Shown here: in pieces, positions 20,217 through 30,870 of the stretch
Layout of the letters: every line of letters starts with the position of its first letter
Position numbering within the stretch: position 1 is the stretch's first letter
DNA from: a virus
Length of the DNA: 64,000 nt
Direction: 5' to 3' (one strand)
IMG/VR virus record: IMGVR_UViG_3300027805_000008
Coordinates: 27,330 to 91,329 of that record
Notes under the pieces: generated by a model
Databases searched by the model: none
What the model saw: the letters and a program-made list of their open reading frames with translations, nothing else
What the model was told of the DNA's origin: nothing
Position numbers and translations under genes: made by a program

Positions 20217-21139
20217 TAACTAAGTTTGGTAAAAGATTTTTAACAAGCTATTTAGCTGGCAGCGAGTCGTTTTTAAATAAGGAGCTAGCATTTGGTATTG
20301 GTTCTACTGCTCCCAATTTAAAGGGAAATGATACAAGGCTAGAATTTGAATTTTATAGAATACCAGTAGAGTTATCAAGTTTTAATATTTTGCAAAGCGG
20401 GGTAGATATAGACGGAGACCCAGTATTTAATTACTTTGTGACATACAAATCAACAATTCCACAAGACATATCTGGTGTTATTTCTGAAATAGGTCTGTAC
20501 CCTGGTGGTAGACAGTCTTTCAATAACTTTGACAGTAAGTTTATAACATCATTTACAAATGAGTTTAACTGGTTTGATGGATCAGTTAATCCTACTTCTC
20601 AGGCAAATACTCAAGATTCTAATGGAGCGTATACCTTTTTGTCAAAGGTAAGTGATAGCATGATACGGGTAGATGTTGCATCTGGGCAAACAAAAGAATA
20701 TATTAATACACTTATATCGGATGATATATCTGGATATAGCATAAATGACACAATATCTATTGCGTATAAAAAAGCGGATAATAATGTTTCTAAGATTAGA
20801 GTAAAGTTTTATAGTTCTGATTTAGCGTATTACTATGTAGACTTTACACCACAATCTGGAACAGGAGATAAGATTCAAACCCTGTCTCTAAGCAATCTTT
20901 TTTCAAACTATACAGCTTCTCCAAATTTACCAGACCCGTCATCAATAATAAAAATTGGAGTTGCAACAACAGCAACTGGCGGCGCCACAACAGTCTATTT
21001 TGATGCCATTAGAATAAACGATGAAGACACATTTGATCCAGGCTATGGGCTAATTAGTAGATCTATTTTATCAACCCCATTAATTAAAAAACCTGGTAGA
21101 CCAGTAGATATAGAATATAAATTACAGTTGGATTTTTAA
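20213..21139 (+). CDS. minor tail/baseplate protein
   Basis: MITKFGK...LAFGIG...DTRLEFE..R, ISEIGLY, IEYKLQL resemble tail-collar-type proteins. Confidence 0.6.
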   Translation: MITKFGKRFLTSYLAGSESFLNKELAFGIGSTAPNLKGNDTRLEFEFYRIPVELSSFNILQSGVDIDGDPVFNYFVTYKSTIPQDISGVISEIGLYPGGRQSFNNFDSKFITSFTNEFNWFDGSVNPTSQANTQDSNGAYTFLSKVSDSMIRVDVASGQTKEYINTLISDDISGYSINDTISIAYKKADNNVSKIRVKFYSSDLAYYYVDFTPQSGTGDKIQTLSLSNLFSNYTASPNLPDPSSIIKIGVATTATGGATTVYFDAIRINDEDTFDPGYGLISRSILSTPLIKKPGRPVDIEYKLQLDF

Positions 21140-24112
21140 ATGGGAGCATTAGACGCAGCTAATTGGGAAAAGTGGTACGGTAGTGGTGCCAACTATCCTG
21201 ATGATCTAAATAAAGATAATAAGGTAAAAACTGGTCAAGACTATTTTACAATACCAGTTGTTAATTTAAAAATTGACTCTCCTTATTCTTTTAATTTTCA
21301 ATGGAAATATCCAGATGGAACTGTTGGCCCATGGTCAGATGGACTATCTTTAACAACAGCTGATATTCCAGCATTAACTGTTCCTAAATTTTTAAATACA
21401 GATTTAAGTTATTTTAATGGACAATTAATTATTACATGGAATGGCCAAGATGCAAATGGTCAAGCATACACTAAGGCATTCGACAGAGTAAATGTATATA
21501 TAAAAGATGAGACCATAATTGGTTCACCCTACAGACTTGTTGGATTTTTAAAGTCTGCTGGAACCATAAGAGTTGCTGTGCCACCAAGAGCGCATAGCGT
21601 GAAGTTAACAGTAGTTTCGATAGACGGATCTGAATCCGATTTTAGTACAGCACAATTTGAAACTCCTAAATTAATTCCAAATACACTGCCAACTACAGTC
21701 ACTGGTTCATGGGTTGGTACAAACTTCAGTGTTGCTTTTAATCACAACCCCGCAGAAGAATTTTTTAGCTATTATAAAGTTACACTTACTGCTGGTGGAA
21801 CCTCAAAAGTATTTGACTTAGCCGCAGTTCCAGGAACTTCATCTCAATCATTTACGCTTAGCCTATCTCAAAATAGAGCAGCATTTGGAGTTCCTCAAAC
21901 ATCATTTAGTGGATCAGTAAAAACTGTTAATATATATGGCAATGAAGGATCTGAAGTTACGTTTTCTGCAGTATCTTATGTTAACGCACTGCCAGCAGCT
22001 ACAATTGTAGCAACTCCAATTAGTAATGGGTATAGCGTTTCATATACAAGTCCAGCGGATGCAACATTTAATACAATTGAAATTGAAGAAGTTGAATCTT
22101 CTAGTTCTACAGCACCTACAACTGGATTTACAAAAATATTTTCTGGATCAAGCAATCCAGCAGTTGTTATTGTTCCAAATACAAATAAACGATGGGTTAG
22201 AGCAAGATTTTCTGACAATATTGGAAGCTATGGAGTATATGGAGCAGCCGTAGCCGTTACCCCAACAAGTCCTGTAGTTGTTGATAATGATGGGCCACCA
22301 GATGTTGACTCCGTAACAACTTCAGGTGGATTAGATACCAGTGGAACAGTAGGCTTTAATGGATACGCAGATATATCTTGGCCTGCCGTAACAACTGGCG
22401 GAATTCGTGGATACAGAATTAGATATAAGGCAACAACCTCTTCAGTATACTCTTATGCAGACTCACCTGGTTCTGGAACATCATATAAATTAACAGGCTT
22501 AGGTGCTGGACTAGTATATGAAGTAGCCGTTGCCACATATGACGAGTATAACAATACCTCTTCTAATTATGTTGCTGGTTCTAATGTTACTGTAGGCGGA
22601 ACACCGTATATTGCAAGTACAGTAGATGTTACTGGATACTTTAAGGCAAAAGCAAATCCTACAGATTTAGATAGCACAGCATTTAAATTTGGATACGGAG
22701 TAGATACAGGCAAAAGAGGACTTGTATTTAATCCAAATAACTATTGGTATATAGATTCTAATCAATCTGCATCATTAAAAGTCGGCGGAGCAACAACAAA
22801 TTACATTGAGTGGAATGGTGCATCCTTTGTCATAGATGGAGATCTAAGGGCTAAAAAGGGATCATTTAGTGGAAACGTTAATATAGCAAGTGGTGCTTCT
22901 TTATATAGTGGAACACTAACTGGCAATACTGTTACAGCTACTGGAGACACTGGTGGATCTTTATCTGGTGCTGGATATATATTAAATTCTTCTGGGCTTA
23001 CCTTTAGCTCATCATCTGTTTCTGGAATTACAACAATAGATGCAACTACTGGCCGATTAACAACTGCTAGCGCAAATATTGGTGGATGGGATGTAACGTC
23101 AAGCACAATTAACAAAACTTCTGGCAGTGGAACAGTAACTATTGATTCTTCAAATGCTCAAATAAGAGTTTCAAGTCCAACGTATACAGCTGGTATAGCT
23201 ACTCCAAATACTAATGCTGCAACCGACATTGTATTTTGGGCTGGTGGAGCAAGAGATACAAATGCTAATTTCTATGTAAGGGCAGACGGAACAGTTGTCA
23301 TGAAATCAGCTGTTATTACTGGATATGCATCTGATGCAACACTAGATACGTTAGCTAAAAAAGATATGAGCAACGTAACTACTATCGATGGTGGTAAAAT
23401 AACTACTGGGCAAATTAAATCATCGAATCATGTAGTTGGAACAGTTGCACAGCTTCCATTTTCAGGAGCAGGAACTTTAATTGATCTATCAAATGGCTCT
23501 ATAATTTCTCCTCAATTTTACCTAAATGGATCAACTGGAACGGCAAGCTTTAAGGGAACATTATCTGCTGGAATTTCAATTGACACCCCAACAATTACTG
23601 CGGGAACAATTACTGGAGCTACGGTCACAGTAACTGCTGCAATTACATCTTCTGGTTTACCTAGCACAAGCGATAGCTCACTATCTGAATCAAATGATAC
23701 AAACCAAGATGGATCTACTAGTTACGTTGGAAATACTACATTCAATCCGATACTAACATTACAAAACGGCAAAATATCATCAAACAGTATAATGAGAATA
23801 GAGGGGTCTAGCTATACTGAAATTTTATCTGGAGGAACTCAGTCTGCAATGTTTGATTCAACTAGATCTGCGTTAAATTTTACAACTGGACTCTATCTTG
23901 GAAATCCCGCAACATCTTCTTCTGCAAACGTACAGAATCATAGCACTCCATATATAACTGTAGATGCTAGAATGCGTTTGAGAAAAGGTGCTCCACTTTT
24001 ATATCCAGGCGGAACTGCTGGAGCATATATTAGAAACATTTACATTAAACAAACAACAAGTACACCTGCCGCAACAACGGGGCATGTAGGCGACGTTTTT
24101 ATTACATACTAG
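21140..24112 (+). CDS. FnIII-repeat tail protein/tail fibre
   Basis: Several FnIII-like units (ISWP...GYRIRY...YKLTGL..GLVYEVAVATYDEYNN); Gly/Thr-rich shaft; ends GDVFITY. Confidence 0.75.
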   Translation: MGALDAANWEKWYGSGANYPDDLNKDNKVKTGQDYFTIPVVNLKIDSPYSFNFQWKYPDGTVGPWSDGLSLTTADIPALTVPKFLNTDLSYFNGQLIITWNGQDANGQAYTKAFDRVNVYIKDETIIGSPYRLVGFLKSAGTIRVAVPPRAHSVKLTVVSIDGSESDFSTAQFETPKLIPNTLPTTVTGSWVGTNFSVAFNHNPAEEFFSYYKVTLTAGGTSKVFDLAAVPGTSSQSFTLSLSQNRAAFGVPQTSFSGSVKTVNIYGNEGSEVTFSAVSYVNALPAATIVATPISNGYSVSYTSPADATFNTIEIEEVESSSSTAPTTGFTKIFSGSSNPAVVIVPNTNKRWVRARFSDNIGSYGVYGAAVAVTPTSPVVVDNDGPPDVDSVTTSGGLDTSGTVGFNGYADISWPAVTTGGIRGYRIRYKATTSSVYSYADSPGSGTSYKLTGLGAGLVYEVAVATYDEYNNTSSNYVAGSNVTVGGTPYIASTVDVTGYFKAKANPTDLDSTAFKFGYGVDTGKRGLVFNPNNYWYIDSNQSASLKVGGATTNYIEWNGASFVIDGDLRAKKGSFSGNVNIASGASLYSGTLTGNTVTATGDTGGSLSGAGYILNSSGLTFSSSSVSGITTIDATTGRLTTASANIGGWDVTSSTINKTSGSGTVTIDSSNAQIRVSSPTYTAGIATPNTNAATDIVFWAGGARDTNANFYVRADGTVVMKSAVITGYASDATLDTLAKKDMSNVTTIDGGKITTGQIKSSNHVVGTVAQLPFSGAGTLIDLSNGSIISPQFYLNGSTGTASFKGTLSAGISIDTPTITAGTITGATVTVTAAITSSGLPSTSDSSLSESNDTNQDGSTSYVGNTTFNPILTLQNGKISSNSIMRIEGSSYTEILSGGTQSAMFDSTRSALNFTTGLYLGNPATSSSANVQNHSTPYITVDARMRLRKGAPLLYPGGTAGAYIRNIYIKQTTSTPAATTGHVGDVFITY

Positions 24113-24120
24113 GAATATAG

Positions 24121-27100
24121 ATGCCAATATACGCTAAGATAGGAAGCAGCACTTGGTCAACAAATGCCAAAAAGGTATGGGTTAAAGCAAGTGACGGTTG
24201 GAAGTCTGCCACAAGATTATTTGCAAAGACAGTTGCTGGTTGGGTTCAAATGTGGCCTGGAGATGCTCCAGCATCAAGCTTAACAGATCCAATTGATATA
24301 AGGCTTACTGGATACAATGGTCCAAGGGCAAGCAGTCCAGAATATATAAATACAGTGTTATATGGTAATGATGGAACTATTACTGGCGCAACACCGATTA
24401 CTGTAAATTCAAGAAGAATGAAAATATCTGAAGACAATACTGGAAATACGACTAGATATCAGCTAGAGACAACAGATGTTTATAACTTAACCAGCAACTC
24501 TGAGACAAATATTGGTTTTAAAAGATTTATGGCTGATGGATGGTGGTTGTTTTACGAGCTTGTTGCCTCTAACGTATGGTCTCCATTTCCTCCAGGAACT
24601 ACTTTATATTCTCCAGCAATTAAAATCATAAAGCAGGCTCCAACATTTAGCGCAAACTCGCCGTCTTTATCGCAAGATTACTCAACATCAAATCCATTTT
24701 TTTCTTTAAGCTTTTCATTCAGCGACACTTGGTGGAAGTCAGCAGATCTTTCTAGGTCTTATATTAGGTGGTGGAGAAATACATCTAAGACTCCTGGCGG
24801 AACAGAAATAAAAACTACATATATACAAGATATATCTGGACTTTCAACTACTAGAAGTGGCGGGCAGTATGAAGAATATGACGGTCAAGGGACAACAGTA
24901 AGTGGGAATGATTATCACTCAGAGATCGGCGGTATTCCAGCAGGCCAATATATAATAGCTCAAGTTGTTTTAATTAATTCATACACTGATCACTATGGAG
25001 GATTCGTTTCTGCTTTTGTTTCTACAGGAGACAAACCATCAATAACAAGCCTTACAGTTACAGATGATAACGGTAATGGCGTTGTTGATAATCAATCTCC
25101 TCCTAGAATTATGTCAGATGGTTGGTTAAACTTTACTGCAACTGTATCAGATGCATTGTCATCTACCTATTATTTATTAGAGCCTAGAATGTATAACTGG
25201 GTAAATGGAAATACATATGAGTTTAATACGGCTAACATAATAGGAAGCACTTCATGGCCGACTGACCTTGGCCCATCATCTGTTTCATTAAATGGAACTA
25301 CAGCAACTGTAACATGGAGAATATATATTGAGCCAACTACTATTTATAATATTGGAACTCCAACATATTCTGGTGGACAAGCCAGATGGCAATTTGAATT
25401 TAGAGTAAGTGCACGAGCATCTTCAACTTCAACAAATGCATCAGCTTCTTATTTTACTGGAATCGCATCTTTGGGTGCAGATACTGTATATATGCAGGGG
25501 CTAGATGTTCCAGCCATGGTTAATGTTCATCCGTCTTCAGCAATGACATTGAATGTAAGCACAACAACACCAACTTTTGGATCTTCTGTAACATTTTCTG
25601 GAACAACAGTAGGATATCCAACATCTACATATTCTTCTTTTCCAAGAAGATACCTTATAGATTATGGTGATGGAACAAATAGCGGTTGGCAATTTTTTTC
25701 AACTGGAACAAGCAATCCAAGTTTTTCAGGAATAACTAAAACATATTCTAATTCAGGAACCTATATAGCTACATTAAAATGGGAGCCTCAAGGAGATCCA
25801 TCAAGAAGTACTAGATCTAGAGTTATTACTATGGGGGCAAATCTTGCTCCTCCTACAAGTACATCAATAGTATCTGTAAACAGATTAACAGATACTGAAA
25901 CTAGAGTTATAGTTTCTTCTTCTGGTGGAAGCGGACCATACTATCAAATGTATTGGCAGTCTGGATCTACAGCCCCATCAACTACAAATTATGACGCAGC
26001 ATCTACAACAAGCACAGTAACAGAAGACTTTAGTTTTGCAAATGGAATTACCTATTATTTTTATATTAGATCTTCTTCAGAAAATTTAGGAAACACAATT
26101 ACAGGAGGAACAGCTACTGGTGGAACATATAGTAATTATGGGCCAACAACAGGGGCAGCATCCTATACGTTTGCCCAACCAACTGGAAGCGTTAGCGTTT
26201 CTCCATCATCTGGAACTGCAGGAACTACACAATTTACAGCAAATCCTTCAGTAAGCTCAGCTCCTACTGCAAATATATCATATCAATGGCAATTTTTTGA
26301 AAGTGCTACAATTGGATGGGTTGCAATATCTGGAGCTACATCTTCAACTTATACACCACCATCAAATTATGTTTCTTTATATGGGGCTTCTTTAAGGTGT
26401 CAAATAACTGCAAATAACGGCGTTGGAACCACTCTTACAACAGCATCTTCAACCGTAACTGTTGCTGCAGCAGCAACAAAACTTACTACCCCAACAAATG
26501 TTTCTGCATCAGATACTAGAACTGACGGAATTCAAGTCTCTTGGACAAATGTTTCAAATGCTGCAACATATGGAGTCTGGTGGGGAGGAGCCCCCAGTTA
26601 TGATAGTAGCCCAGATTTTGGTGGACCAAATAATAATGGCGGGGTATCTATTACGTCTTCACCATTTTTAGATACTGCAGCTCCAGTAGGATCAAGAACA
26701 TATTACGTTCAGGCTTTTCCTTCAACAGGTTCTACTACATTTTTAAAATCAGACTGGTCTGCTGGAGATTCTGGAACAAGGCTTGAAGCGCTAGCAAAAC
26801 TTGCAACACCTACTGGAGTTAATGCATCAGATACTAGAACTGACGGGGTAAACGTTACATGGAATGCAGTTAGCGGTGCTGCATATTATGGAGTCTGGTA
26901 TGGAGGAGCTCCAGGTTACGACTCTAGTCCAGATTTTGGTGGACCAAATAATCCTACTTTAATTACTGGAACATCCTATCTTGATACGGCCATTGGTGCT
27001 GGAGTAACAAGAGACTATTATGTCCAGGCGTTTCGTTCTGGAAATCCAACAGGAACAAAGTCTGATTGGGGTGGTCCTAATTCTGGAACAAGGCTGGCCT

Positions 27101-27717
27101 TAGTAAGTATTCCATCTGGTGGATCGGTAACGCTAAATGGAGGAAATACTGTTGGAAGTATAATAACTGCATCTACAAGCGGTTGGAGCGGTTCCCCTAC
27201 ATCATATGACGTGTATATAACAACAGCATTGTCTCCAAATACTCCTACTTCTGGAAGCTCTCGTGTTGCTTCAAGCGGTGGTGGAACATCGGCCTCGTAT
27301 TCCATTACATCTGGAGATGCAGTTTCTCCAGTTAACGTATTTAGAGCATTTGCAACAGCAAGCAATAGCGCTGGAACATCTGGAACTGTTCAGTCTTCAA
27401 ACACAATCACTACTCAGGCGGCTGTAACGGGAACAGCTCCTTCAACTCCAACTGGATTGAGTAATTCATATTCATCTGGACCATCATGGACTGGATCTTG
27501 GTCTGCGTCAAGTGGTACGGCGACGATTACATATTTCTGGACACTATACCAGTCTTCTTCTAATGGAGGAGCAATTACTGCAACGGCAAGCGGAAATACA
27601 ACTGGAACATCTTTTACAAGATCAATGTCAAGCGCAAACGGACTTTGGGCATACTTTACAGTATTTGCAAGCAACTCGTTTGGCACATCTGGAACGGCTA
27701 CATCCCCATGGGCATAA
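24121..27717 (+). CDS. receptor-binding/tail fibre protein with PKD and FnIII/Ig repeats
   Basis: WVKASDGWK N-terminus; IDYGDGT...KTYSNSGTY (PKD); YQWQ...ISGATSSTYTP; duplicated FnIII-like unit. Confidence 0.75.
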   Translation: MPIYAKIGSSTWSTNAKKVWVKASDGWKSATRLFAKTVAGWVQMWPGDAPASSLTDPIDIRLTGYNGPRASSPEYINTVLYGNDGTITGATPITVNSRRMKISEDNTGNTTRYQLETTDVYNLTSNSETNIGFKRFMADGWWLFYELVASNVWSPFPPGTTLYSPAIKIIKQAPTFSANSPSLSQDYSTSNPFFSLSFSFSDTWWKSADLSRSYIRWWRNTSKTPGGTEIKTTYIQDISGLSTTRSGGQYEEYDGQGTTVSGNDYHSEIGGIPAGQYIIAQVVLINSYTDHYGGFVSAFVSTGDKPSITSLTVTDDNGNGVVDNQSPPRIMSDGWLNFTATVSDALSSTYYLLEPRMYNWVNGNTYEFNTANIIGSTSWPTDLGPSSVSLNGTTATVTWRIYIEPTTIYNIGTPTYSGGQARWQFEFRVSARASSTSTNASASYFTGIASLGADTVYMQGLDVPAMVNVHPSSAMTLNVSTTTPTFGSSVTFSGTTVGYPTSTYSSFPRRYLIDYGDGTNSGWQFFSTGTSNPSFSGITKTYSNSGTYIATLKWEPQGDPSRSTRSRVITMGANLAPPTSTSIVSVNRLTDTETRVIVSSSGGSGPYYQMYWQSGSTAPSTTNYDAASTTSTVTEDFSFANGITYYFYIRSSSENLGNTITGGTATGGTYSNYGPTTGAASYTFAQPTGSVSVSPSSGTAGTTQFTANPSVSSAPTANISYQWQFFESATIGWVAISGATSSTYTPPSNYVSLYGASLRCQITANNGVGTTLTTASSTVTVAAAATKLTTPTNVSASDTRTDGIQVSWTNVSNAATYGVWWGGAPSYDSSPDFGGPNNNGGVSITSSPFLDTAAPVGSRTYYVQAFPSTGSTTFLKSDWSAGDSGTRLEALAKLATPTGVNASDTRTDGVNVTWNAVSGAAYYGVWYGGAPGYDSSPDFGGPNNPTLITGTSYLDTAIGAGVTRDYYVQAFRSGNPTGTKSDWGGPNSGTRLALVSIPSGGSVTLNGGNTVGSIITASTSGWSGSPTSYDVYITTALSPNTPTSGSSRVASSGGGTSASYSITSGDAVSPVNVFRAFATASNSAGTSGTVQSSNTITTQAAVTGTAPSTPTGLSNSYSSGPSWTGSWSASSGTATITYFWTLYQSSSNGGAITATASGNTTGTSFTRSMSSANGLWAYFTVFASNSFGTSGTATSPWA
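26479..27096 (+). repeat. tandem duplication of a ~106-aa FnIII-like domain (318-nt period)
   Basis: ASDTRTDG...YGVW.GGAP.YDSSPDFGGPNN occurs twice; TGCATCAGATACTAGAACTGACGG identical in both copies. Confidence 0.9.
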
Positions 27718-27917
27718 CTTTAGAAGAAAAAATTGATATTATTAATAATAGAATTGATAATATGAATATCCATATAGAAATTCTTGAGCGTGATATTGCT
27801 AGTAATCCAAACGATGACGTTGAGGGTAAAAGGCCCAGGATAGAAGTTTTGAATGACTTTTACCTTAAAAGATCACTTATGCTGCAAGAAAGGGAAGCCT
27901 TGACTAATCAAGGTTAA
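27708..27917 (+). CDS. small helical protein, possible fibre chaperone
   Basis: MGITLEEKIDIINNRI...; overlaps end of fibre gene; similar to next ORF. Confidence 0.6.
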   Translation: MGITLEEKIDIINNRIDNMNIHIEILERDIASNPNDDVEGKRPRIEVLNDFYLKRSLMLQEREALTNQG

Positions 27918-27945
27918 ATGATATAATTATGAAAGGAGGTAGATT

Positions 27946-28176
27946 ATGACTATTGAATTAACAAATGAAGAAAAGTTGAGTATTGTTAATCAGCATATCA
28001 AGTCTATAGATTATAGCATTTATGGACTACAGCTAGATTTGATGGAAGCTCAAGCACTTGATACCCCAGATCCAATACAGATCTCGTCTGTTAGTGGAAG
28101 AATTACTTCTGCTAACGCTAGAAGATCCGTACTTGTCACTGAAAGAGATTCTTTGACACCTGAAACAGAAGAGTAA
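27946..28176 (+). CDS. small helical protein, paralog of upstream ORF
   Basis: Strong SD AAAGGAGGT; promoter TTGACT-16-TATAAT at 27900-27927; LTNEEKLSIVNQHI...ERDSLT. Confidence 0.7.
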   Translation: MTIELTNEEKLSIVNQHIKSIDYSIYGLQLDLMEAQALDTPDPIQISSVSGRITSANARRSVLVTERDSLTPETEE

Positions 28177-28180
28177 ATAA

Positions 28181-28384
28181 ATGGCAGATAAGGCTCAGTT
28201 AGTAATAACAGCATTACAGCAAAGAATCGGCGAAATTGTTTCTAATTACGAAACTCAAATTGCAATTTTACGTGCAGACTATACAAATGCTATGGAGCAG
28301 TTGAATAATAAAGAAAGAGAAGCGGATGCTAAAGTTGAAGCGGCAGAAGCCTATTCAGAAAAACTTAATAACCTTACCGACTAA
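28181..28384 (+). CDS. small coiled-coil protein
   Basis: Heptad pattern; tight packing with neighbours. Confidence 0.65.
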   Translation: MADKAQLVITALQQRIGEIVSNYETQIAILRADYTNAMEQLNNKEREADAKVEAAEAYSEKLNNLTD

Positions 28385-28730
28385 TTTCCCTTCAGGTATT
28401 GCTGTTAAAACAGATAAAGATACCTATTGGATTAAAGACGGTAAAAGGTACAGGCTAATTTCAGATAGGGCCGCCCAGTCTTGGTGTTTTACTACGGTAT
28501 TAGCAACTGAGGCGGCATTATCGGGAATTAAATTGGCTGGTAAGCTAGGCTTCAGAGACGGTACCTTGATCAAGAATGTTGCTGATGGTAAAATGTATTT
28601 ATTGTCACAAAATAAACTAAGACACATTGTTGACCCAGATTCTTTTAATAAGTATGGTTTAGATAGGTCAAAAATGATTGAGGTTTCAGAAAAAGAAATT
28701 TCAGCACATGATTTAGGAGAAAGTATATAA
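28326..28730 (+). CDS. hypothetical protein with two internal beta repeats
   Basis: YWIKDGKRYRL and MYLLSQNKLRHI; start uncertain. Confidence 0.6.
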   Translation: MLKLKRQKPIQKNLITLPTNFPSGIAVKTDKDTYWIKDGKRYRLISDRAAQSWCFTTVLATEAALSGIKLAGKLGFRDGTLIKNVADGKMYLLSQNKLRHIVDPDSFNKYGLDRSKMIEVSEKEISAHDLGESI

Positions 28731-29164
28731 TGAGCGACACATTTAACGATGGAGATCCAATAGATGCAACACTATTACAAAAATTAAAAACAGATGTTGC
28801 TAAGGCTACTGCATTGGCTGGAGCAAAAGTTAGTGCTGGTTCAAACATTAATGTTGGCGATCTTACAGATAGGAGTGCAGGAGATATCACAACCCCTACA
28901 TTTTTTGGAGGAAAAACGTCTTCTCAAAAAGTAATTAAGGGTATTCGTTCTACATTCAATATTGATTATTCAGGTGCTAAATTTTCTGGCAAGCCTTCCG
29001 CAATAACACTAACAGCTATTTCTAAGGATGGACTTGCGGATATAAATGAACCATCTATAATTAGTGGATCTGTTACACAGACTGGTGCAGAGGCACAAAT
29101 ATGGGGTGCTGGAGATCCTAAAACCATAACATTGTTTTTTATAGCAGTACAAAATCAAAATTAA
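28730..29164 (+). CDS. probable small virion/tail-tip protein
   Basis: FNDGDPIDA..L N-terminus; FSGKPSAITLT...LFFIAV resembles H-type lectin/gp53-like folds. Confidence 0.5.
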   Translation: MSDTFNDGDPIDATLLQKLKTDVAKATALAGAKVSAGSNINVGDLTDRSAGDITTPTFFGGKTSSQKVIKGIRSTFNIDYSGAKFSGKPSAITLTAISKDGLADINEPSIISGSVTQTGAEAQIWGAGDPKTITLFFIAVQNQN

Positions 29165-29168
29165 TCTA

Positions 29169-29196
29169 TTGACAATCTAATTCTATATGCTACAAT
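29169..29196 (+). promoter_or_regulatory. promoter of replication block
   Basis: TTGACA-16-TACAAT with extended TG. Confidence 0.65.
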
Positions 29197-29210
29197 TTAG
29201 ATAATATCAA

Positions 29211-29235
29211 GGTCACGACTCCGTGACCCTTTTTT
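29211..29235 (+). terminator. intrinsic terminator lying downstream of that promoter
   Basis: GGTCACG-ACTC-CGTGACC then CTTTTTT. Confidence 0.8.
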
Positions 29236-29250
29236 ACGCAGGGAAGTTAA

Positions 29251-30051
29251 ATGACAAACGATTTAAAATGGATGTTGTCATCCGATCAGCAATTCCCTTA
29301 TCAAGATGATAAGATGATTGCGCTATGGTTTAAAGTTATGAAGTGGTTTAAGCCAGATGTGGTAGATTATCTAGGTGATACTGACGACCAAGCTTGCTAT
29401 AGCAAATATACGGAAGGAAGATCTGCAGAATTTCTTCAACTTCATAAAGATGACAGTCGTGATTTAATTGTTCCAATGATGCGTCATGAGGCAAAAGGTG
29501 CGAGAGATTTTTATGCAAAGACTCGTGAGATGCTTCCAGATGCACAATTATTTTCAGCATTAGGAAACCACGATATACGAATCTTTGATTACATAGATAA
29601 AAAGCTTCCAGATTATGCAAAGGATGTTACTCCAGAGTCGCTATGGTCTTTAGATTCATTGGGTTACGAGTATATTTATTATGACTCATTGCCTAAACGC
29701 CGATTTGGAGATGTTCACGTACATCACGGAATTTCTATTGCAGCAACGGGATCTGTTCGTAAGGATATGGAAGACCTACAGGTATCACTTATTAGAGGCC
29801 ACTCACACAGAATTGCTTCCCATATGGTAACATATGAACTTAGAAACGGTGGCGAAGGAGAAACTCTTCGTGGTTATGAGATAGGACACATGTGTGATGA
29901 AAAGGGTCCAGGAATGAAGTATACTCAGCATCATGATTGGCAAAAGGGATTTGCTATTGCACATATTGTAAATGACTATCCACATATTCAGATGATTCAT
30001 ATTGCTCCAGACTACTCTTGCGTTGTAGATGGGAAGACATTCTCGATATGA
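29251..30051 (+). CDS. calcineurin-like metallophosphoesterase
   Basis: SDQQ, LGDTDD, GNHD, HHG, GHSH motifs. Confidence 0.85.
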   Translation: MTNDLKWMLSSDQQFPYQDDKMIALWFKVMKWFKPDVVDYLGDTDDQACYSKYTEGRSAEFLQLHKDDSRDLIVPMMRHEAKGARDFYAKTREMLPDAQLFSALGNHDIRIFDYIDKKLPDYAKDVTPESLWSLDSLGYEYIYYDSLPKRRFGDVHVHHGISIAATGSVRKDMEDLQVSLIRGHSHRIASHMVTYELRNGGEGETLRGYEIGHMCDEKGPGMKYTQHHDWQKGFAIAHIVNDYPHIQMIHIAPDYSCVVDGKTFSI

Positions 30052-30236
30052 TGAAATGTGGAAGGTGTAACGGAAGAGTCTTTATTGATAGAGTATTCTC
30101 TCAAAAACTACACACAGAATTGTTTTGCATCCTATGCGGAAAGCGTTGGATGATCAATAAAGAAACGAATGCATTCGGTAAATGGCTAGAGAAAACAGAC
30201 AGCGACTACGCAAAAAATTCGTCTATTTCTTCTTAA
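30048..30236 (+). CDS. small zinc-ribbon protein
   Basis: CGRC...CILCG; ATGA overlap with upstream gene. Confidence 0.7.
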   Translation: MMKCGRCNGRVFIDRVFSQKLHTELFCILCGKRWMINKETNAFGKWLEKTDSDYAKNSSISS

Positions 30237-30664
30237 ATGGTAAGGTACATAAAGTACTAAAGCTATCTAGAGCTAAAGACGAAGTTATAGCATGGTGCTA
30301 TCCCGACAAAAAAAGATTAATGTATTCTTATTCTCAGGTAGACAAGGGCATGGAGCGAGCATATAGTGTTGTAGAGGCTAGTAAGATATTAGGCAGGCAT
30401 AGGGTAACAATTGAAGAATATATTTTACAGGGTAAAATAAAACAGCCACAAAAAGTATATCCAATTAGTAATCCAGACAGCACCTGGTCTAAATATATGT
30501 TGAGCGAATCGGACATTTTGGACATTCATCAATTTATTATTGATGCTGGACATATTAGAGATTTGCCATCAAGATCAGAATTGCAGGCTATTCTCAAACA
30601 CAATTTAATATTGTATACTAAGACAGAAGATGGAAAATTTGTACCTGTATGGAAGGCGGAATAA
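30182..30664 (+). CDS. HTH DNA-binding protein (excisionase/MerR-like)
   Basis: YSVVEASKILGRHRVTIEEYILQGKI. Confidence 0.7.
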   Translation: MARENRQRLRKKFVYFFLNGKVHKVLKLSRAKDEVIAWCYPDKKRLMYSYSQVDKGMERAYSVVEASKILGRHRVTIEEYILQGKIKQPQKVYPISNPDSTWSKYMLSESDILDIHQFIIDAGHIRDLPSRSELQAILKHNLILYTKTEDGKFVPVWKAE

Positions 30665-30870
30665 TGTCAGAAACAAGAGTAAAGGTGGACCTATCGTTCA
30701 CACGCAATTTAGGAAACTACGAAAGTATTAAGATCGGTATTGGCGTGGAAGATGATGTTCGTAGTGGAGAGAATGTTGATGCTGCTACTGAAAGAGTATA
30801 TGCTTTTGTTGAGAGTAAGCTAATTGAGAAAACTCGTGAGGTTGAAGAGGAATTAAAACGTGGCAAGTGA
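30664..30870 (+). CDS. hypothetical protein
   Basis: TRNLGNYESIKI; TAATG coupling. Confidence 0.7.
   Translation: MSETRVKVDLSFTRNLGNYESIKIGIGVEDDVRSGENVDAATERVYAFVESKLIEKTREVEEELKRGK

Noticed and set aside
26479-27096. Repeat pair as a DGR template/variable region
   Set aside because: Both copies are in-frame domains, differences are not adenine-specific, and no reverse transcriptase is in the window
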